From a virus (taxonomy: Duplodnaviria; Caudoviricetes), in the IMG/VR virus record IMGVR_UViG_3300033066_000410, positions 21,391-85,390 of that record: DNA of 64,000 bases; one strand, written 5' to 3'. A model generated the notes under the pieces. That model made no database searches and was not told where the DNA came from. It saw only the letters and a program-made list of their open reading frames with translations. Position 1 is the first letter of the stretch; every line of letters begins with the position of its first letter. Made by a program: the position numbers and the translations under genes. Positions 9,692 to 19,781 of this stretch are shown here, one piece after another.

Positions 9692-10213
9692 TTACTCGCC
9701 CATAATGGTCATATAAACCTTAGTTCCTTGCGCCTTGGGCAATGTGGTGTTGGGAACCTCCGCTCGAACGGTTATCGTTTTATTGCTGCCGCCGATTGAT
9801 TTAACGTATGCTATGCCGCCAATCGTATCATTAGAGGTAACAGTAAAGTTAACGCTATAGATAGTCGTAAAAATAGCTGTTCCTGTTGCAGTTCCTTCAA
9901 GGGTGAGGGTATCTACCACTAAACCACCACCACCGGCTACAGTAAGCTCACGGGTGTATATTTTGGGTTTGTGCGTAGTGGCTGCACCAGTTGTAGCAGG
10001 GCGGCTGTAGTGGGCGATACCAAGCTGCTTTAGGGAAAACTTTCTAAGCTCAGATTTAGCAGTAGTGAACGCTAAAAGCTCCGTGGTATCAGTAATACCA
10101 GTTCCATCGGATTTTTGAACGTCCTTAGCTCTAACCCTACCTATAGGAGTTTGAGCCTGTAAGCCGGTTGCTACTAGTATAAAAAGGGAAAGAAAAGCAA
10201 TTATCTTTTTCAT
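9692..10213 (-). CDS. Sec-signal-peptide protein with fibre-tip-like C-terminus
   Basis: MKKIIAFLSLFILVATGLQA|Q signal peptide; beta-rich C-terminus ending VYMTIMGE. Confidence 0.55.
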   Translation of the reverse strand: MKKIIAFLSLFILVATGLQAQTPIGRVRAKDVQKSDGTGITDTTELLAFTTAKSELRKFSLKQLGIAHYSRPATTGAATTHKPKIYTRELTVAGGGGLVVDTLTLEGTATGTAIFTTIYSVNFTVTSNDTIGGIAYVKSIGGSNKTITVRAEVPNTTLPKAQGTKVYMTIMGE

Positions 10214-10341
10214 TTGTGGTTTGTGTTTACTGTTAATAGGTTTTGGGTTTTTTCCGTCTTTCTCTCCACAAATAAAGCACTTTTGTTTAAGATAACAAAA
10301 GTTACGGTAGAGAACACAAAAAGGGCCAGGTATCGTCTCAT
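10210..10341 (-). CDS. 43-aa protein with hydrophobic N-terminus (not in ORF track)
   Basis: MRRYLALFVFSTVTFVILNK...; ATGA overlap with the next gene. Confidence 0.5.
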   Translation of the reverse strand: MRRYLALFVFSTVTFVILNKSALFVERKTEKTQNLLTVNTNHK

Positions 10342-10343
10342 AA

Positions 10344-10724
10344 TTAACTTTCGTCTTTTAAGTAGCCTGCAATTACTGAGCCAAGCGATGCTTCCACTTC
10401 TTTTCTTTCCGTCCCTAAGTCTGCTTCCGGTAAGGAAACCCTAACCGCGACCTTTAAAGAGCCTAGTTGAAAGTTCTTACTTTCAGTTCGGGTAACTAAT
10501 AAGCGAACAACGTTATTTTCAGTCCCGCCTACAAGGATATTTCCATAACCGGAAATGTTGGCTAAAGAGTATTTAGCCTGCATAACGTTATTAACCAAAA
10601 GGTATGCTCTAATTTCTGTAGCATCCTCTAGGTCAACTGCTCCGCCTGCATCGGTTAAGATAGGAACCTCAACTATAAGGTCTTCGCCTTGTTTTACTTT
10701 AATGGTTTGGTCTATGGTTTTCAT
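10344..10724 (-). CDS. BppU-like Ig-fold virion protein (putative)
   Basis: VKQGEDLIVEVPILTDAGGAVDLEDAT pattern typical of BppU N-terminal domains. Confidence 0.55.
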   Translation of the reverse strand: MKTIDQTIKVKQGEDLIVEVPILTDAGGAVDLEDATEIRAYLLVNNVMQAKYSLANISGYGNILVGGTENNVVRLLVTRTESKNFQLGSLKVAVRVSLPEADLGTERKEVEASLGSVIAGYLKDES

Positions 10725-10727
10725 GCT

Positions 10728-10784
10728 TTAGCACATTTTCTTTTTCTTTCCGCCTTTAGGCTTCTTTACTGTTTTAGTTTTCAT
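10728..10784 (-). CDS. 18-aa lysine-rich peptide MKTKTVKKPKGGKKKKMC
   Basis: fills the gap between tube and BppU-like genes; A-rich leader before ATG. Confidence 0.4.
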   Translation of the reverse strand: MKTKTVKKPKGGKKKKMC

Positions 10785-10798
10785 TGTATTTATTGGTT

Positions 10799-11245
10799 TT
10801 AAGTTCTTACTTCTTGCCACTCGGTAACTGAGAACATATACAGCATATCGTATTTTTCCTCAGAATCGGTGCGCAACTGCGGGTGTTCAGTATCTTTCAT
10901 TTTCATACCTAAGAAGATGATACGGAAAACCTCTTTTCCGCAGTGCATCTTCACAAGGTTACCGTCGAACTTTAAGCAGCCATCTAAAGACAGCTTGGTT
11001 AATGTCCGCATGAAATCATCATCCACACTACCGTCATAAGCGCGAACGAGTGTGATGTCAGAAAACTCCTTAATTTGATTGGAGAATTTATACCGAACTC
11101 CCGAGCTACCATCCACAATAGATACCTCTCCCGAAGATTTTTTTATCCCCGAAAGTTGGTGGAAGTGTGGAGACAGTAGCCCCTGTATCTCAAAATACCA
11201 ACTGTTTGCTGTAAACAGGTTCGTTGGTCTTAATGGTCTTGGCAT
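10799..11245 (-). CDS. tail tube protein (T4 gp19-like)
   Basis: 148 aa directly after sheath; F..LSGI, KF..Q..FSDITLVR motifs. Confidence 0.85.
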   Translation of the reverse strand: MPRPLRPTNLFTANSWYFEIQGLLSPHFHQLSGIKKSSGEVSIVDGSSGVRYKFSNQIKEFSDITLVRAYDGSVDDDFMRTLTKLSLDGCLKFDGNLVKMHCGKEVFRIIFLGMKMKDTEHPQLRTDSEEKYDMLYMFSVTEWQEVRT

Positions 11246-11266
11246 TAGCTTGGGTTTTTAGTTGGT

Positions 11267-13117
11267 TTAAACAAGAGATAAAATACCATCGTTACGGCTC
11301 AACGTAATGTGCATGTGCTCGTTACATTCAGGTGGTATGTAAGATACATCTAAGTCGGTAGCCTTGCGGTCTTCTTTGTTAACTGTAACGGTAATAACCA
11401 CGGCTGTGTCGAACGGTATGGTATTTTCGATACCTCCCTTGTTGTAAATATTTTGCATAAAAGCTAAGTAGTCAATTTGAACCTCTTTTAAGAAGGATTC
11501 ACTAATTAGCTTCTGTATGAACTTAGCTCCACGGTCTACAAGGCTTGCACCTAACCAGTTTGCCTCTAAGCGAACGTGGATAGATGAATGTAGGTCGTCG
11601 TTGCTCATGGTGCGAGAAGACCAAATAACCCAACCGGTTTGTTTGATAAACTTAATAACGTTTATGTGCCATGTTTTAACGTAGCGGCTCATTGTAGTAT
11701 CAGTCATGTTAGCATGGCTAAATTGAATAACACCAAATGAGTTGCTTTGTGTTCCGGCAGGAGGTGTCCAAACGTTACCGTTGTTCAATCCAGCAACACG
11801 TATGTAGCCGGCACCAAGTATATAGCCTAGGGCGGGAATCCATATTTTAGCACCGTTTTCATCATACACCTGTGCCCATTGTAAGTAGCCGCCGTTAAAC
11901 GATTCAGAACCCGAAAACATTCCGTTGTAGAACGAGGTAACCTGAGATTCTGTAGCATTAAAAGGCATGTTCCAAACGTAGAACTTCTTAACTGCCTTAG
12001 CGAAAGCGTCACACTTTTGGTGGAAATCAAGAGTGAAAATCTCAGGGCAAACAAGCAACTGAACATCATACGAATCGAAGATAGCAAGGCCACTTGGCTC
12101 GTTAGTTATATCAGCATACTTAGGCTCATAATCAGCCTGAACCGGAGCATTATAAACTCCGCCTGATAGGTTCGCCTCGAAAGGTAAACCATCTAGTTCT
12201 ACACCATAATCAATCTCTTCCATCATTACAAAATCACTAACGGTGTTAACCTCGTCTTGCAACGACTGCCAAGTTGCTTGAGCAAAAGATTCAACCAAAG
12301 AGTTTTTGTAATATACGTTAAGTAAATACTTAGTTGGGTTACCATTAGCATGGCCTATAGGATAAACCTTTACGGAAAGGTCGTCTCCCCAAGTTCCAAC
12401 ATCAGCTAAACCTTGATAGGCGGCTATCAGGTAAAAAATACTTTCCGGTGCTGCGGTGTTGGTGGTTGAGCCGGTAAGCGCAAAAGAAACGTTAGCGGTA
12501 GCTCCGCGTATTGTAAATACACCACCTGAACCTGATACTGGAGCCTCTGTAGTAGTTACCCATGCACTTGAGCTATTGGCCCCATTTGCGCGGTAAGTGT
12601 TTATGGCAGCAATTAAGCCTGTTTTAACCAATGCAGGAGTATCTCCTAGCACAGCTTCATAGCTAATGGTAACCCCGCCCAAAACTAAAGAGAAAGTATC
12701 ACCAACCTCTATTTCTCCTGAAATAGTGATGGTGTCAACTTGTTTAATGCCGGAAGCGGCAGCAGTAGTAACTGTTATGTCAATATCCTGAGTGTCGTCA
12801 TGGATATTTTGAACTTCTACCTGAGAGGCTTCACAGTTGTCACCAACTATGCGAAGACCGTAAATGTTTACTCCGTAACCTCCTAAGTTTTCAAAAAGGT
12901 TATTAAGAACATACGGAGAATACATCGAAGAAGAAAATCCGCCGAACTTGGCGTTACGGTCTTTTGGGTCGGTAAACAGGAAAACCTGATTAGCCACCCC
13001 ACGAACGCTTTGCATAGCGATACCGATATTGCGTGTGCTTATTCTCGAGCCTAACTGTAAAGAGTTCTTTACTTTTTCCTCGAGGGTAACACCTATTGAA
13101 CTTTGAAAACCGCCCAT
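11267..13117 (-). CDS. contractile tail sheath protein
   Basis: 616 aa; W.PPAG, IWSSRTM, IHVR sheath C-terminal motifs. Confidence 0.92.
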   Translation of the reverse strand: MGGFQSSIGVTLEEKVKNSLQLGSRISTRNIGIAMQSVRGVANQVFLFTDPKDRNAKFGGFSSSMYSPYVLNNLFENLGGYGVNIYGLRIVGDNCEASQVEVQNIHDDTQDIDITVTTAAASGIKQVDTITISGEIEVGDTFSLVLGGVTISYEAVLGDTPALVKTGLIAAINTYRANGANSSSAWVTTTEAPVSGSGGVFTIRGATANVSFALTGSTTNTAAPESIFYLIAAYQGLADVGTWGDDLSVKVYPIGHANGNPTKYLLNVYYKNSLVESFAQATWQSLQDEVNTVSDFVMMEEIDYGVELDGLPFEANLSGGVYNAPVQADYEPKYADITNEPSGLAIFDSYDVQLLVCPEIFTLDFHQKCDAFAKAVKKFYVWNMPFNATESQVTSFYNGMFSGSESFNGGYLQWAQVYDENGAKIWIPALGYILGAGYIRVAGLNNGNVWTPPAGTQSNSFGVIQFSHANMTDTTMSRYVKTWHINVIKFIKQTGWVIWSSRTMSNDDLHSSIHVRLEANWLGASLVDRGAKFIQKLISESFLKEVQIDYLAFMQNIYNKGGIENTIPFDTAVVITVTVNKEDRKATDLDVSYIPPECNEHMHITLSRNDGILSLV

Positions 13118-13174
13118 GTGGATAGTATTTTATTGTTTTGGTTTTTGAAAAACGGCGAACTTCTGTAATACTCG

Positions 13175-13182
13175 CAAATGTA
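13175..13182 (-). promoter_or_regulatory. promoter -7 element TACATTTG
   Basis: TAnnTTTG match in the intergenic gap upstream of sheath. Confidence 0.5.
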
Positions 13183-13208
13183 AGTAAATATTATTTTAAA
13201 CGACCAAA

Positions 13209-13952
13209 TTAAACTCCGATTATTTTAATGGGGTTTTCTATAACAAACTGCTGTAGGGTGGTAAACTGGCCCTCGGTTAACGAAATAGAGCCATTTTCTA
13301 GATTAGCTTGGTTGATAGTAATTCCAAACCTTTCCATAAGGCTTTTTGTAATAGGAACCTTAAAGTGAACGTATGTTTTAAGCATAAAGTCAATTACCGA
13401 TTCAAACATTCCATCGGTGCGGAGAACATTAAATACCTCTGAGCTATAAGGAACGACTACTCCTAGCGGCCCATCCTCTTCCGTCTCAACACGATTAAGT
13501 AAAAGAGCTTTATCGTTTTTCCATAGGTCGAAGTTCTTATAGAACCATGTAAGCATAGCATCGTAGGCACTTTCTGTCTCTGAAACAATGCTGCATTGAT
13601 ACCTAAAATTTAGGGGCGCAGGAAAAAATATTTCCATAGCAGTCCGGTTTATGAAGTCATACCCACCGGCTATACTTTCTTGGGTAAACAGAGACCTGGC
13701 TAAGTCGGGCTTAGGCTCAAAATTAGTAATGGTTATGTTAGGGTAATACTGAATACGGTCTTCCATTTGAGAAGAGCCGCCTCTTTTTGCATAGCGAACC
13801 AAAACACTTACTGGAATATTCTTGTGCGTGGTCATGGGAATAAACGGAGCCTCCATACCATCGTCAAGCAAACCAGTTATAGGCTCTGCTTTATCTAGGA
13901 ACAGACGGTAAAACTGCTCATTAACTTCCTGTATCGTTTTAAACTCGCCCAT
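13209..13952 (-). CDS. tail terminator / neck protein (putative)
   Basis: 247 aa; position upstream of sheath; YPNITI, LNFRYQ motifs. Confidence 0.5.
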   Translation of the reverse strand: MGEFKTIQEVNEQFYRLFLDKAEPITGLLDDGMEAPFIPMTTHKNIPVSVLVRYAKRGGSSQMEDRIQYYPNITITNFEPKPDLARSLFTQESIAGGYDFINRTAMEIFFPAPLNFRYQCSIVSETESAYDAMLTWFYKNFDLWKNDKALLLNRVETEEDGPLGVVVPYSSEVFNVLRTDGMFESVIDFMLKTYVHFKVPITKSLMERFGITINQANLENGSISLTEGQFTTLQQFVIENPIKIIGV

Positions 13953-14416
13953 TACATTGTTGTTACATCAAAATTACGCAATTCTTCCTTCAAAATATTT
14001 TCTAAGTTCTCTATAAACACTCGGGTTGACTCTCTCCATAAAGGTCTGGCAGGCAGTCTATCTCTACCAAACTCGAGCATGTTAGCAAGCTCTAAAAAAT
14101 CTTTTCCGCTCCGTGGGTGCTTTAAGCCTTCGGGAAACCCCACTTCAAAGTTTCCTTTGCGGCTAGCTACGGCTATTTTAGACTTATAGTAGCCCTCAGC
14201 GACAAAGGGGAGGTCGCTCCATCCTTTCATGCGCTTAACGTCAGACCATGCTTTTGATAGCTTAAAATCGAATTTATTAGTCTCAATATTGGTAACAACC
14301 ATATCCTTAAACCGATTAGCCAAAACAGGCGGAAGCTCAGTCTCTAGCACAGCAGAAACACGCTTTAACCACCTCTCAGGGTTCTCACCGGAATACGATA
14401 TTTTTACTTCAATCAT
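13952..14416 (-). CDS. tail completion / neck protein (HK97 gp10-like, putative)
   Basis: LANMLEFGRDRLPARPLWR motif. Confidence 0.6.
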   Translation of the reverse strand: MIEVKISYSGENPERWLKRVSAVLETELPPVLANRFKDMVVTNIETNKFDFKLSKAWSDVKRMKGWSDLPFVAEGYYKSKIAVASRKGNFEVGFPEGLKHPRSGKDFLELANMLEFGRDRLPARPLWRESTRVFIENLENILKEELRNFDVTTM

Positions 14417-14883
14417 TTTTTTCTTGGTAAGCTGCTTAAACGTAACTCTATAGCGATAGATAGCGACTGCTTTGTCTCGACAACCTCCATAGGCTCAAGC
14501 TCAATTATTTGCTGAACAAGGTATATCTCATCAAAAAGAGTAACCCGTATGCCGGCTTTACTACTCATAACCTGCTTAGGGAATCTATACTCACCAAGCT
14601 GCTTTTTAAGCTCTAGCGGAGATATAAAAACCCGAGAAACGACCTCCTCTACAATACCAAACTTATCCCTTTCTATTTTGGAGATAGTTCTGTTGTATAA
14701 ACAGTGCATTTGAAGAGTTTTACCTGCTTCAAAGTTGACTGTGCTCTCACCGGTAAAGTCCGTGTATGTGCTGTAGGAAGTAATTTTTGGCAATTCAATT
14801 TTTACCAGTGAATTATTCTTACAAGTCACCACTTGTGAGAAGAAGGTCTTTTGTAAAGAGAGATAACGAGAGAGTGTCAGCAT
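14413..14883 (-). CDS. head closure / neck protein (putative)
   Basis: synteny in head-tail joining module. Confidence 0.4.
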   Translation of the reverse strand: MLTLSRYLSLQKTFFSQVVTCKNNSLVKIELPKITSYSTYTDFTGESTVNFEAGKTLQMHCLYNRTISKIERDKFGIVEEVVSRVFISPLELKKQLGEYRFPKQVMSSKAGIRVTLFDEIYLVQQIIELEPMEVVETKQSLSIAIELRLSSLPRKK

Positions 14884-15739
14884 AAGCGTGGGAAATCCAA
14901 TTTTTCTCTAGGACAAACGATGTAGAATTTATCGTGCTATCCCTTAGAGAATAGTCATTAAATAATTTTTCAAACCGGTCTCTTATGGATAGTTGTAGCT
15001 TGGTAAGAAAGTCATACTTATCACCCCATAGTGCGGTAAAGTCCTGTTCTACTTTCCCTAGCTCCTCTTGCCCCTCGCGCAACACAAATGTTTCGCCTAC
15101 CTTGGTTGTTGTTTCCTGATACCGGTTTCTAAAATCTCCGGCACCGGCGCAAAGGTCGTCTACCTCTCCATTTTTTGTGCGAAGAAAGTTCATACTGGCA
15201 GTATTCTTTCTACGCTCTTCTATAAGGAAATAAGCGGCCCATAAAACCACTTTCTGCTGCTCCCTAGTGGTCATAACGCCGAGCATACGGTCAAGCTCTG
15301 CCGAGCCATTAAAATACACAAACGTATCAACGTATGGAGAGTATTCGTAGTCGTAGAACTTTTGAAAGTGGTCTAAAACTGTTTTATAAATCATTTCCAC
15401 AGAAAAGTAATTCCTACGCATTATTTCCTTTGGGCTATCGAGAGATACCGTAGGAATATCTTTTAGCGAAGAAGAATAGTCTAGTGGAACGTAATCTATA
15501 GACAATTTAACGTCCACACCTTTATCTTTCAAAAAGGAAACTAAGTCGTAAAACTTAGGGGCCTCAGAGTATAGAAGTGTGGCGTTTGTAGAACCTGTAA
15601 CCTCCGCTTTTTCGGTGTTTGCGCTAAAAGATAAACCCTGTTTCTGTAATGTAAAACAGGAAACAGGGTTTATATCTAAAATCAATTCTCGAACGGAAGT
15701 TACTATCTCGTTAATAGAAAGTAACTTAATTGTTGGCAT
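14819..15739 (-). CDS. head-tail adaptor (putative)
   Basis: 306 aa; synteny downstream of capsid. Confidence 0.4.
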   Translation of the reverse strand: MPTIKLLSINEIVTSVRELILDINPVSCFTLQKQGLSFSANTEKAEVTGSTNATLLYSEAPKFYDLVSFLKDKGVDVKLSIDYVPLDYSSSLKDIPTVSLDSPKEIMRRNYFSVEMIYKTVLDHFQKFYDYEYSPYVDTFVYFNGSAELDRMLGVMTTREQQKVVLWAAYFLIEERRKNTASMNFLRTKNGEVDDLCAGAGDFRNRYQETTTKVGETFVLREGQEELGKVEQDFTALWGDKYDFLTKLQLSIRDRFEKLFNDYSLRDSTINSTSFVLEKNWISHAYADTLSLSLFTKDLLLTSGDL

Positions 15740-15744
15740 AGTGG

Positions 15745-16050
15745 TTACCCTACGATGTAGGCAATTTTACGTTCAAGTAATTTGTTTGCAAGGTGCGGCT
15801 CGATTTCTACCGTGGCACCTTTCTTAAAGGTGTGCTTTTCGCTACCGGCAGTTAACTCGTGGTTTTCAAGGAACTTAACCTTTACTTTCTTAATCTTCTT
15901 TTCAGTAGCCTCAGCTACCACGATAGGTTTAACTGCTTTTCCGGTTTTTTCCTCAACAGTCTCTACTGCATCCTTTAATTCGGGTTCTGCGTTGTCTTTA
16001 ACTTGCGCAGTAACCACTTTTTCCGGTTTTGTTTCTTCTTGCTTCGGCAT
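15745..16050 (-). CDS. capsid-associated small protein
   Basis: charged linker plus KVKVKFL...FKKGATVEIEPHLANKLLERK domain common after capsid genes. Confidence 0.45.
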   Translation of the reverse strand: MPKQEETKPEKVVTAQVKDNAEPELKDAVETVEEKTGKAVKPIVVAEATEKKIKKVKVKFLENHELTAGSEKHTFKKGATVEIEPHLANKLLERKIAYIVG

Positions 16051-16092
16051 TGTTTTGTTTTTTAAATACGATTATAAAAAAGCCAGGTCGTG

Positions 16093-16998
16093 TTAGGCTG
16101 ATAACAGAGTGAAGATGTTTTTTTCTTCAATCAAACCAAAGCCCCACATAGCATACCACGCTAAACCGTGCTTTCTACCATAGTCTTCTACCCCATTATC
16201 GCGCATTTCTGCCTCAAGTGCTACTGCCCATGCGAACGAATTTTCCCCAAAAATGGTCGCTTCCCATGTAGGTATGTTGATACCATACTTGGTTAACGAT
16301 TCGCCTGCGGTGTTGGCCGGCATTTCGGTAGTTTCGATAAAACGAACGCCTTCATACATACCTACTTCACCTTTCCACATGTTTTCAGGCGATGTGTATT
16401 TGTGAACTTCAATCCAGTCGGTATCATCACGCAACTGGCGCAGTTGGTGGTTGTGCGCGATACACACGTAGTATTCGCCGTTAATTTTTGGGGCCAAGTT
16501 AGTTCCTAACTGCTCAACAGCATCTTTAATTTGCTCAGTTGAGAATACATCACCAGTAACTAAGTCGCCGGCTGCGCTTTTACCGTTAGGGTATACTACG
16601 TTGGTAGTAGAAAGCGCGGTATCACGTATAGCCGAATCCAGCACCAATGCCATATCCACACCTAACAACTTGGCTTGTTCATCCAAAATGTTGTGCATTG
16701 ATTGGCGCAGGGCTTTTTCAGATACAGAGGTGGCATTACCATACTCATCTACCGTTAAAGAAACCTCGGTGTCGCTCATTTGCTTTTCCGATAAAGGCAC
16801 ATTTTCACTCAATTTACCTCCGCGTGTTAGCGAGTTAAACTTGGTGAACCGGATGGTGCCACCGGGTTGTTGGGTTAAATCGTCGCGTCTTTTTGCGAAC
16901 TGCGCGAAGCGTAAAAGGGGCTGTGCCGCGTAGATGATTTCTTTTGAGTAAACGTCACGAATTGACTTCGTTAGATTACCGGTGTAGGTAGTTGCCAT
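16093..16998 (-). CDS. major capsid protein, N4-gp56 family
   Basis: QPLLRFAQFA, GGTIRF.KF, EYG, GEVGMYEGVRFIET, DYGRKHGLAWY motifs. Confidence 0.92.
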   Translation of the reverse strand: MATTYTGNLTKSIRDVYSKEIIYAAQPLLRFAQFAKRRDDLTQQPGGTIRFTKFNSLTRGGKLSENVPLSEKQMSDTEVSLTVDEYGNATSVSEKALRQSMHNILDEQAKLLGVDMALVLDSAIRDTALSTTNVVYPNGKSAAGDLVTGDVFSTEQIKDAVEQLGTNLAPKINGEYYVCIAHNHQLRQLRDDTDWIEVHKYTSPENMWKGEVGMYEGVRFIETTEMPANTAGESLTKYGINIPTWEATIFGENSFAWAVALEAEMRDNGVEDYGRKHGLAWYAMWGFGLIEEKNIFTLLSA

Positions 16999-17048
16999 TT
17001 GTTATCTGTTGGTTTTTTGTTGTTATTTAAAAATATGGTGGAAATGAA

Positions 17049-17930
17049 CTATTCGCTGTCGTCGTCTTCCTCCGAGCCACCGCCTGCAAACAGTTCTTTT
17101 TTAATCTGCTCACGGTGCTTGGCATACTCCTTAGCGTCCATTTTGCTTACATCTTTAAGTAACGTTTTAGGGTCTTTTTGAGTATCACGCTCCGGCGCAT
17201 CTGCACCAGCATCATCTTTACCCCCTGTGCGGTTTTTATTTCGCTCTTTCAACTTTTCTATAGCAGCTTCTTCATCTGCTTTTCGTTGCTCGAGTTCCGC
17301 AAGCGTTACTTTTTCAATTTTACCGTCTTTTCCTTTTACTTCCTTGGTAATGTAAGGTTTAGAGGTTTCAAGCACCTTTACTAAGTTAGCATCCAACTCT
17401 GCTTTCGTAGAACCCTGCAATAAGTCAGGTATGATTAACCCCTTATTCTTCTCCAACAACTCAGCGCGGTAATCTTCCAATGCTTTCTTGGTAAGTTCGC
17501 CTTCAACTTTTTTCACTTCCCCCTTCAACTCATCTTTCAATGGTTTAAGCAACTCTTCCATTGCTTTTAACATTTCTTTCTTAGTCAACGGGGCATCTTC
17601 GTCGTCTTCACCTTCATCATCAGCTTTCTTCTTTTTGCCTTTACCTTTCTTAGCTTCTTCAAGCGCAGCTTTGGTAGCAGCTATTTCACCGTCTTTTTTA
17701 GCTATATCGCCTTTTAACTTTTCGAGTTCTGCCTTCTCTGCCGCAGAAAGGGTTTCACCTTCTGCCACCTTGTTCTTCAACTCGTTAACCTTGGCTTCTA
17801 ACTTTGCTTTTTCCGAGTATAACTTTTCTTTTTCTTCCGTTCTTACCTGTTGGATAAGTTCCAACAATTCGGGGTGGTCTTTTAACTCCACTTCCTTGTC
17901 TCCAATTTTTACTTTACTTGGTAGTGCCAT
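17049..17930 (-). CDS. capsid scaffold protein
   Basis: highly charged coiled coil directly upstream of the MCP; ends MDAKEYAKHREQI. Confidence 0.8.
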   Translation of the reverse strand: MALPSKVKIGDKEVELKDHPELLELIQQVRTEEKEKLYSEKAKLEAKVNELKNKVAEGETLSAAEKAELEKLKGDIAKKDGEIAATKAALEEAKKGKGKKKKADDEGEDDEDAPLTKKEMLKAMEELLKPLKDELKGEVKKVEGELTKKALEDYRAELLEKNKGLIIPDLLQGSTKAELDANLVKVLETSKPYITKEVKGKDGKIEKVTLAELEQRKADEEAAIEKLKERNKNRTGGKDDAGADAPERDTQKDPKTLLKDVSKMDAKEYAKHREQIKKELFAGGGSEEDDDSE

Positions 17931-18001
17931 GACTGTTTATGTATTTAATGAATAAACTCTTCTACGACTTATTAAACGCTCAAAGAACGAAAAACAAATA
18001 A

Positions 18002-18172
18002 TTACGGTTTCATACTATCCGGCTTTCCATACTGCAACTTGCGCAGGAACTTGGTGCCTTCTACATTGGTTGCTTTTTTAAGCATTTCCGACTTTTGGCC
18101 CAAGCTAGCGATAGGTTGGTCATTGTGGAACTTGTCTTTCTGCCCCGCAGGGTATTTCGGTGTGTTAGCCAT
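18002..18172 (-). CDS. 56-aa hypothetical protein (not in ORF track)
   Basis: MANTPKYPAG...; A-rich leader. Confidence 0.5.
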   Translation of the reverse strand: MANTPKYPAGQKDKFHNDQPIASLGQKSEMLKKATNVEGTKFLRKLQYGKPDSMKP

Positions 18173-18257
18173 GATTTTTTTATTTAAGTTTTTAAACTAA
18201 TGTAAGTCAAAGATAAATTTCTTTTTTCCAAACCTCCAAATAGTTATATAATTATTT

Positions 18258-19766
18258 TTACTGAGCAGGAGGTTTAGTAGTATCGGCAGAGACAGCATAC
18301 TCAGCATTTGCCTTAGCCATACCTGTAGCGATACCATTAGATTCCTCAACTTTCATATCCACTTTATCTTTAGCGTCCTTAGTGGCTTCTTCCAGTATTT
18401 TAGGTATATTTTTCTTTCCTAAGCGTTCCATAACCTCCCGTTTACTTGCTATACCGTTGCGTAACTCTATATCCATTTGGTTAAGCTCCAGTAAACGGTC
18501 ACTTGGTAAGCCATAGTTAAATACAGGAGTAGCTATATAACGAGAGTAGAACTCTTTTTCGTCGTCCGCAATTTTTTTAGCAATCGGTTTAAGTAATGGG
18601 TGGTCTACAAAAAACATTACAAACATCTTCATCATCATTGTGTTGATGCGTTCTATTCCGTCTCCGTAAGTAAGAACCTTTCTATCAGCAGCTTCTATAA
18701 TCGGGTGGTAAAGAATTTGCAAAGCCGCCGCGCTAGTATTTGATACGTGCTGCATTTTACCTAGAACCGCATCGGGAACACCGGTCATGTCGTGCATGGC
18801 GTTCTTCAACGTAAGAAGAAAATTTAAACTAGCCGAAAGGTCGGTATTAAGGTTAAGATTAAACACCTCTGCATTCTCAGGAAGACCGCTCCATATTTGG
18901 TTAATGCCTCTTTTTAACTGGCCCACGGTGGCTCCGGTGATAACCGTAGTTGGTTGTGCGTAATAATCAATAATCATTTTAACGTCTTCTGCCATTTCGT
19001 TATAAATCTTATTGATTTTAACTATATCGCAGATGTCGCTAACTCCCCCGTAGTTATCCGACATAGTTTGATTTTCTATGTGAACTATAGGGATAAAACC
19101 AAGTGTGTTTGCTTTCTCTTCTACTTCAAACTTTGCCGCCTCTTCGCCGGTATCTTTTCGGAAATAAGTTTTAGTAAGATTTACCGTATACTCTACAACC
19201 TTTTGAACATACTCTTTGTCATTGTAGAATAGGGGAGTTACAACCTTATAACCAATGACCTTAGAGTAGTCACCTTTTTCAAACATAGGAAGGACATTCC
19301 TAGTATCTAGCAGGTCAACTTTTATATACTGTTCTTGAATATTTGGAGAAAGAAATACATAGCAATCACCACAAACTCCACCCATCTGTAGAATGTTGTT
19401 GAATAATAAGCCTTTTTTATTCTTACGCCAGTTGTATTCAATAAGTGCCTCATATTTTGTTTCAAACTCTTCATCAACAACTTCTCCATAGTCGTCAACA
19501 ATGTTAATTCTAAACCCCTCTTTTCCGGCGATAAAAGAGTTAACCTTATCAACTATGGCTCTACAATAGTTGAAACTAAGCAGCTTGTCATTGTTCTTAG
19601 CCCAATGCCTGTTTTTGTAGAACTGCCAATATAACTGATATTGAATCAGTTTTTCTTCCATGAACGGGTTATCAGAGATAAACCTAGTTCTTATCATATC
19701 TCGTAGAATGTTTGTCCCACGAGTATTTTGATACTGGTAATTTCCTACGCTATTGCTTCCAAACAT
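18258..19766 (-). CDS. portal protein (SPP1 gp6-like)
   Basis: 502 aa after terminase; FNYCRAIVDK, PIVHIEN, SAAALQILY motifs. Confidence 0.9.
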   Translation of the reverse strand: MFGSNSVGNYQYQNTRGTNILRDMIRTRFISDNPFMEEKLIQYQLYWQFYKNRHWAKNNDKLLSFNYCRAIVDKVNSFIAGKEGFRINIVDDYGEVVDEEFETKYEALIEYNWRKNKKGLLFNNILQMGGVCGDCYVFLSPNIQEQYIKVDLLDTRNVLPMFEKGDYSKVIGYKVVTPLFYNDKEYVQKVVEYTVNLTKTYFRKDTGEEAAKFEVEEKANTLGFIPIVHIENQTMSDNYGGVSDICDIVKINKIYNEMAEDVKMIIDYYAQPTTVITGATVGQLKRGINQIWSGLPENAEVFNLNLNTDLSASLNFLLTLKNAMHDMTGVPDAVLGKMQHVSNTSAAALQILYHPIIEAADRKVLTYGDGIERINTMMMKMFVMFFVDHPLLKPIAKKIADDEKEFYSRYIATPVFNYGLPSDRLLELNQMDIELRNGIASKREVMERLGKKNIPKILEEATKDAKDKVDMKVEESNGIATGMAKANAEYAVSADTTKPPAQ

Positions 19767-19781
19767 TTTTTTATTTGATTT

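Noticed and set aside
1-13117. Extracellular contractile injection system or T6SS locus
   Set aside because: The tail genes resemble CIS parts, but capsid, scaffold, portal and terminase are contiguous, so this is a phage.
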